From positions 288,001-352,000 of the forward strand of contig CAVQYR010000002.1 in the NCBI GenBank assembly GCA_963718235.1: 64,000 bases of DNA, given 5' to 3'. Source of the DNA: an uncultured Actinomycetota bacterium. GTDB taxonomy: Bacteria; Actinomycetota; Actinomycetes; JAHEKZ01. This document shows, one piece after another, positions 59,980-64,000 of the stretch. A model generated the notes under the pieces. It searched no databases. It was given only the letters and a program-made list of their open reading frames with translations, and was not told the origin of the DNA. The translations under genes were made by a program, and so were the position numbers. How positions within the stretch are numbered: the first letter of the stretch is position 1; each line of letters starts with the position of its first letter.

Positions 59980-61011
59980 ATGTCGAGCCCGCACTTCCCG
60001 AGCCCCGTCGAGGAGCAGATCCTCGACCAGGCACCGACGTCGACCCTGGTCGACGTCGAAGAGCCCAAGGCGGTCGCCGGGCGGTCCCTGACCCAGCTGG
60101 CCTGGGCCCGGCTGCGGCGGGACAAGTGGGCGATGGCCGCACTCATCTTCATCATCCTGCTCACGCTGACCGCTCTGCTGGCCCCGCTGGTCGCCAACGT
60201 GCTGAACATCGACCCGAACGAGCCCGACCGTGACTACCTCGACGACGCGACGGGCGGGCTTCCGATCGGGTGGCTCAAGTCGGGAATCAGCTGGGACCAC
60301 CCACTGGGCGTCGAGCCCGGTAGTGGGCGCGACATCGCGGCCCTTCTGCTCTACGGCGCCCGGATCTCGCTGCTCATCGCGGCTGCGTCCACGATCATGG
60401 TGGTCATCCTGGGCGTCGTCATCGGTGCCGCCACGGGCTACCTGGGTGGCCGGTTCGACGCGGTGGTCGGCCGGATCATGGACTTCGTCCTCGTGTTCCC
60501 CCTGCTGCTGATGCTGGTGGCCCTGTCCAAGCCACTCACCGAGCGGCTGCAGGACGCGCTGAGCCTCACCGGCCTCCAGGCCCGGATCCTGTACATGATC
60601 CTGGTCTTCAGCTTCTTCGGCTGGCCCTACCTGGCCCGGATCGTGCGTGGCCAGGTGCTCAGCCTGCGTGAACGTGAGTTCGTCGAGTCGGCGATTGCGA
60701 TGGGCGCCGGCAGCCGACGGATCATCTTCAAGGAGGTCGTCCCCAACCTCTGGGCGCCGGTGATCGTGTACGCGACGCTGGCGCTGCCGACGTTCATCGC
60801 CGCCGAGGCGGCCCTGTCCTTCCTGGGCGTGGGCATCGTCCCACCGGAGGTCACCTGGGGCAAGATGCTGGCCGACTCGGTGGTCTACTACAACGTCGTC
60901 CCGACCTACCTCTTCATCCCGGGCACCCTGCTGTTCCTGGTCGTGCTCGCCTTCAACCTCTTCGGCGACGCCGTCCGTGACGCGCTCGACCCACGGGCAG
61001 GCCGGGTATGA
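59980..61011 (+). CDS. oppC: Oligopeptide/dipeptide ABC permease
   Basis: AWARLRRDK, HPLGVEP..GRD, ARIVRGQVLSLREREFVESA..MGA, AEAALSFLG. Confidence 0.92.
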   Translation: MSSPHFPSPVEEQILDQAPTSTLVDVEEPKAVAGRSLTQLAWARLRRDKWAMAALIFIILLTLTALLAPLVANVLNIDPNEPDRDYLDDATGGLPIGWLKSGISWDHPLGVEPGSGRDIAALLLYGARISLLIAAASTIMVVILGVVIGAATGYLGGRFDAVVGRIMDFVLVFPLLLMLVALSKPLTERLQDALSLTGLQARILYMILVFSFFGWPYLARIVRGQVLSLREREFVESAIAMGAGSRRIIFKEVVPNLWAPVIVYATLALPTFIAAEAALSFLGVGIVPPEVTWGKMLADSVVYYNVVPTYLFIPGTLLFLVVLAFNLFGDAVRDALDPRAGRV

Positions 61012-61112
61012 ACCCAGACTCGCACGACCCAACCGGTCGGGCAGAAAGCCGCCCTTCGTGGCGGTCCGACGGACCGGGGCAACCGCCCCGGCCGCAGATC
61101 AGGAGGAGATTC

Positions 61113-62843
61113 ATGGGCAAGGCCACGACTGGCCTGCGCGCGGCAACTCTCGTCGGTGTGGGCGCTCTGCTCCTCACCGCGTGTGGTGGCAGCGGCGGCG
61201 GAGATGACAACACGGCAGCGGCAGGTGACGCCCAGCAGGGTGGCACGCTGCGAATCCTGTCCCAAGGAACCCAGATCCTGAGTCTGGACCCGCAGCGCAA
61301 CTACACCGGCGAGGACCTCGCGTTCGCGAACGGCTTCCTGACCCGGAGCCTGACCTCGTACGTGTACGAGGAAGGATCCGCGGGGTGGAACATCGAGCCC
61401 GACCTCGCCACCGACACCGGTACGTCCAACGAGGACGCCACCGAGTGGTCGTTCACCCTGCGTGACGGTGTGACCTGGCAGACCGGTGACCCGGTCACCT
61501 GCGAAGACGTGAAGTACGGCGTCTCCCGCACGTTCGCCCAGACGGTCATCACCGGTGGCCCCACCTACGCGATCTCGATGCTGGACATCCCCAAGGACAA
61601 GGACGGCAACTCCGTCTACAAGGGACCGTACGAGACCAAGAACAACGACACCGCCGCGTTCGACGAGGCGGTCACCTGCTCCGACGACAACAAGACCATC
61701 ACCTTCAAGATGTCGCGACCGGTGCCGGACTTCAACAGCGCCGTGACGCTGTCGGCGTTCTCCCCGGTGCCCAAGGATGCCGACACTGGTGAGAAGTACC
61801 AGGACAACATCGTCGCGACGGGGCCTTACCAGATCCAGGAGTACAAGAAGAACCAGCAGCTCGTGCTGGAGCGCAACCCGAACTGGGACGCCGCCTCCGA
61901 CCCGAGCCGCCCGGCCTACCCCGACGAGATCATCATGGAGTTCGGCCTCGACGGGAACACGATCGACCAGCGGCTGATCGCCAGCCAGGGCGACGACACG
62001 ACGGCGCTCTCGAACTCCGACCTCCAGTCGACCGTGCTGAACCAGGTCTTCAACGACCCGCAGTACGAGGACCGCAGGTTCAACGAGCCCGACCCGTACA
62101 CCAGCTACATCGCCATCGACACCCTCCAGGTGCCGAACGTCAAGCACCGTCAGGCGCTGGCAGTCTGCCTCGACCGGGCCGCTCGCCGCACGATCGCCGG
62201 TGGCGACTTCGCCGGTGACCTCGCCGACGGTGTGATCAAGAACAACTTCATCGGCTACGAGCCCACGGGCATGTGGGACGGCGCACTCGGCGAGACCATC
62301 CCGGCCGAGGGCAACGTCGAGTTCGGCAAGAAGCTGCTGGCCGAGGCCGGAGAGCCGATGCCGAAGATCCGCTACGACTACTCGCAGAGCCCCACGGCCG
62401 ACAAGTCGGCAGCGTCGCTCGTCGAGTCCGAGAAGCGCTGTGGCATCGAGGTCGAGGCCAACCCGATCGACTCCGGTCAGTTCTACGGCATCGTGCTCGA
62501 CCCCGCCAAGCGCGGTGCGATGATCAGTGGTGGCTGGGGTGCCGACTGGGGCAACGCGTCCACCGTCGTGCCTGAGCTGCTCGCCAGCTTCGGCGGGTGG
62601 AACCTGTCGGACTGGAAGAACGCCGAGTTCGACAAGGGTGTCGAAGAGGCACTCGTGACGCTCGACCCGGAGGAGCAGCAGGGTCAGTGGAACGCCCTCA
62701 ACGCGCAGGCGATGACGGAGGCTCCGGTGATCCCGACGCTGTTCGGCAACCTGCAGCGGATGGTCGGCACCGACATCGGTGGCGAGTTCATCTGGGCGCC
62801 GTACGGGTCCTGGAACTACGGCACGATCTACATCAACCAGTAG
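61113..62843 (+). CDS. oppA: Peptide ABC substrate-binding lipoprotein (family 5)
   Basis: AGGAGGA RBS, lipobox LTAC, QGGTLRI, LDPQRNY, PDLATD, FTLRDGVTW, ATGPY, LERNPNW. Confidence 0.92.
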   Translation: MGKATTGLRAATLVGVGALLLTACGGSGGGDDNTAAAGDAQQGGTLRILSQGTQILSLDPQRNYTGEDLAFANGFLTRSLTSYVYEEGSAGWNIEPDLATDTGTSNEDATEWSFTLRDGVTWQTGDPVTCEDVKYGVSRTFAQTVITGGPTYAISMLDIPKDKDGNSVYKGPYETKNNDTAAFDEAVTCSDDNKTITFKMSRPVPDFNSAVTLSAFSPVPKDADTGEKYQDNIVATGPYQIQEYKKNQQLVLERNPNWDAASDPSRPAYPDEIIMEFGLDGNTIDQRLIASQGDDTTALSNSDLQSTVLNQVFNDPQYEDRRFNEPDPYTSYIAIDTLQVPNVKHRQALAVCLDRAARRTIAGGDFAGDLADGVIKNNFIGYEPTGMWDGALGETIPAEGNVEFGKKLLAEAGEPMPKIRYDYSQSPTADKSAASLVESEKRCGIEVEANPIDSGQFYGIVLDPAKRGAMISGGWGADWGNASTVVPELLASFGGWNLSDWKNAEFDKGVEEALVTLDPEEQQGQWNALNAQAMTEAPVIPTLFGNLQRMVGTDIGGEFIWAPYGSWNYGTIYINQ

Positions 62844-62857
62844 TAGCTGGTACCGAG

Positions 62858-62896
62858 GGTCTGGTCCGGGGCGCCACGAGCGTCCCGGACCAGACC
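62858..62896 (+). terminator. Intercistronic stem-loop after oppA (mRNA stabiliser or partial terminator)
   Basis: ggtctggtccggg (62858-70) / cccggaccagacc (62884-96), perfect 13-bp stem, no U-tract. Confidence 0.7.
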
Positions 62897-62938
62897 ACGG
62901 TTCACGCAACACTCTGATCTTCTCGAGAAGGGGCAGCC

Positions 62939-63928
62939 GTGACGGGTTTCGTGATCCGACGACTCATCGCCATGGTGCTGATGCTGGTCGCGCTCTCGAT
63001 CGTCACCTTCTTGATGTTCGCCGTGCTCCCGTCCGATCCGGCAGCGCTCACCTGCGGCAAGTCCTGCAGCCCCCAGGTGATCGAGGCCAACCGGATCCGA
63101 CTCGGGCTGGACAAGCCGCTGGTCGAGCAGTACACGACCTTCGCCAAGGCGATCTTCGTCGGTCGTACCTACGGATCCGGAAGCCAGACCTTCGAGTGCC
63201 CCGCCCCGTGCTTCGGTTACTCGTTCAACCGGGGCGAGGAGGTCCGGACCCTCATCCGCGACGCGCTCCCGGCCACGATCTCGGTGGCGATCGGGTCGTT
63301 CATCGTCTGGATGGTCACCGGTGTCCTGTTAGGGATCTTCGCTGCCCTTCGAAGAGGTAGGTGGCAGGACCGTTCGGCGATGGGGTTCGCACTGATCGGC
63401 TACTCGTTCCCCTCCTTCTTCATCGGGTACGTCCTGCTCTTCTTCCTAGTGTTCAAGTTCCCGGTCTTCCCTCCACCACGCTACGTGCCGTTCGCCGAGG
63501 ACCCGGGTCTGTGGTTCCAGGGCCTGATCCTCCCGTGGATCACCCTGGCCATGCTCTACGCCGCGTACTACGTGCGGCTGACCCGCAACCAGATGCTGGA
63601 GACCCTCGGCGAGGACTACATCCGTACCGCGCGGTCCAAGGGGCTGAGCGAGCGCACGGTCATCTACAAGCACGGTTTCCGGGCCGGCCTCACACCGCTC
63701 GTCACCTCCGCAGGGCTCGACCTCGCCGGACTGCTGGGCGGGGCGATCATCGTCGAGTCGATCTTCAACATCCCCGGTCTCGGCCGGCTGGCCATCCAGT
63801 CGGTGCTCGACTCCGACCTGCCCGTGGTGATCGCCATCGTGCTGGTGACGGCGGTCTTCATCATCGTGGCCAACATCGTCGTCGACATCCTGTACGCGGT
63901 CATCGACCCACGGGTGAGGCTCGCATGA
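62939..63928 (+). CDS. oppB: Peptide ABC permease
   Basis: FVIRRL, LGLDKPL..QY, EDYIRTARSKGL, GGAIIVESIFNIPGLG, DILYAVIDPRV. Confidence 0.93.
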   Translation: MTGFVIRRLIAMVLMLVALSIVTFLMFAVLPSDPAALTCGKSCSPQVIEANRIRLGLDKPLVEQYTTFAKAIFVGRTYGSGSQTFECPAPCFGYSFNRGEEVRTLIRDALPATISVAIGSFIVWMVTGVLLGIFAALRRGRWQDRSAMGFALIGYSFPSFFIGYVLLFFLVFKFPVFPPPRYVPFAEDPGLWFQGLILPWITLAMLYAAYYVRLTRNQMLETLGEDYIRTARSKGLSERTVIYKHGFRAGLTPLVTSAGLDLAGLLGGAIIVESIFNIPGLGRLAIQSVLDSDLPVVIAIVLVTAVFIIVANIVVDILYAVIDPRVRLA

Positions 63929-64000
63929 CCCAGCCCTTCCTCGACGTCACCGACCTGACCGTCGCCTTCCCGACCGAGGACGGCATCGTCCATGCGGTCA
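63925..64000 (+). CDS. oppD: Peptide ABC ATP-binding protein, 5' fragment
   Basis: MTQPFLDVTDLTVAFPTEDGIVHAV.. overlapping oppB stop, runs off window. Confidence 0.85.
   Translation, partial: MTQPFLDVTDLTVAFPTEDGIVHAV

Noticed and set aside
60906-62912. 668 aa minus-strand ORF
   Set aside because: Antisense shadow of oppA.

Overview
High-GC actinobacterial chromosome segment (visually about 70% GC; mycothiol enzymes, Rv0247c-Rv0250c-type Sdh1 operon, greA-mca-uppS-phoH-fumC-glpX-xseBA-ispH-ychF backbone). Most of the window is core housekeeping and transport. An accessory block lies between ychF (ends 35027) and the sdh operon (starts 48778). It holds a degenerate ORF, a mycothiol-dependent MDMPI enzyme and a lower-GC cell-surface glycan-modification cluster (FkbM methyltransferase, GT4 glycosyltransferase, three sulfotransferase-like P-loop domains). 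It also holds the best candidate for an undescribed system: a secreted subtilase ending in 17 tandem GxxWx pentapeptides (14 x GASW[A/S]), encoded directly upstream of a multi-pass membrane GAF-GGDEF-EAL c-di-GMP enzyme. Other oddities: an SdhB carrying an in-frame ~190 aa TPR-like C-terminal domain, a structured leader upstream of phoH2, candidate operators, pervasive leaderless promoters, and single-base frameshifts in typA and class I fumarase (probably sequencing errors). I found no rRNA, tRNA, CRISPR array, integrase or transposase. All family calls come from motif recognition by eye, not from database searches.
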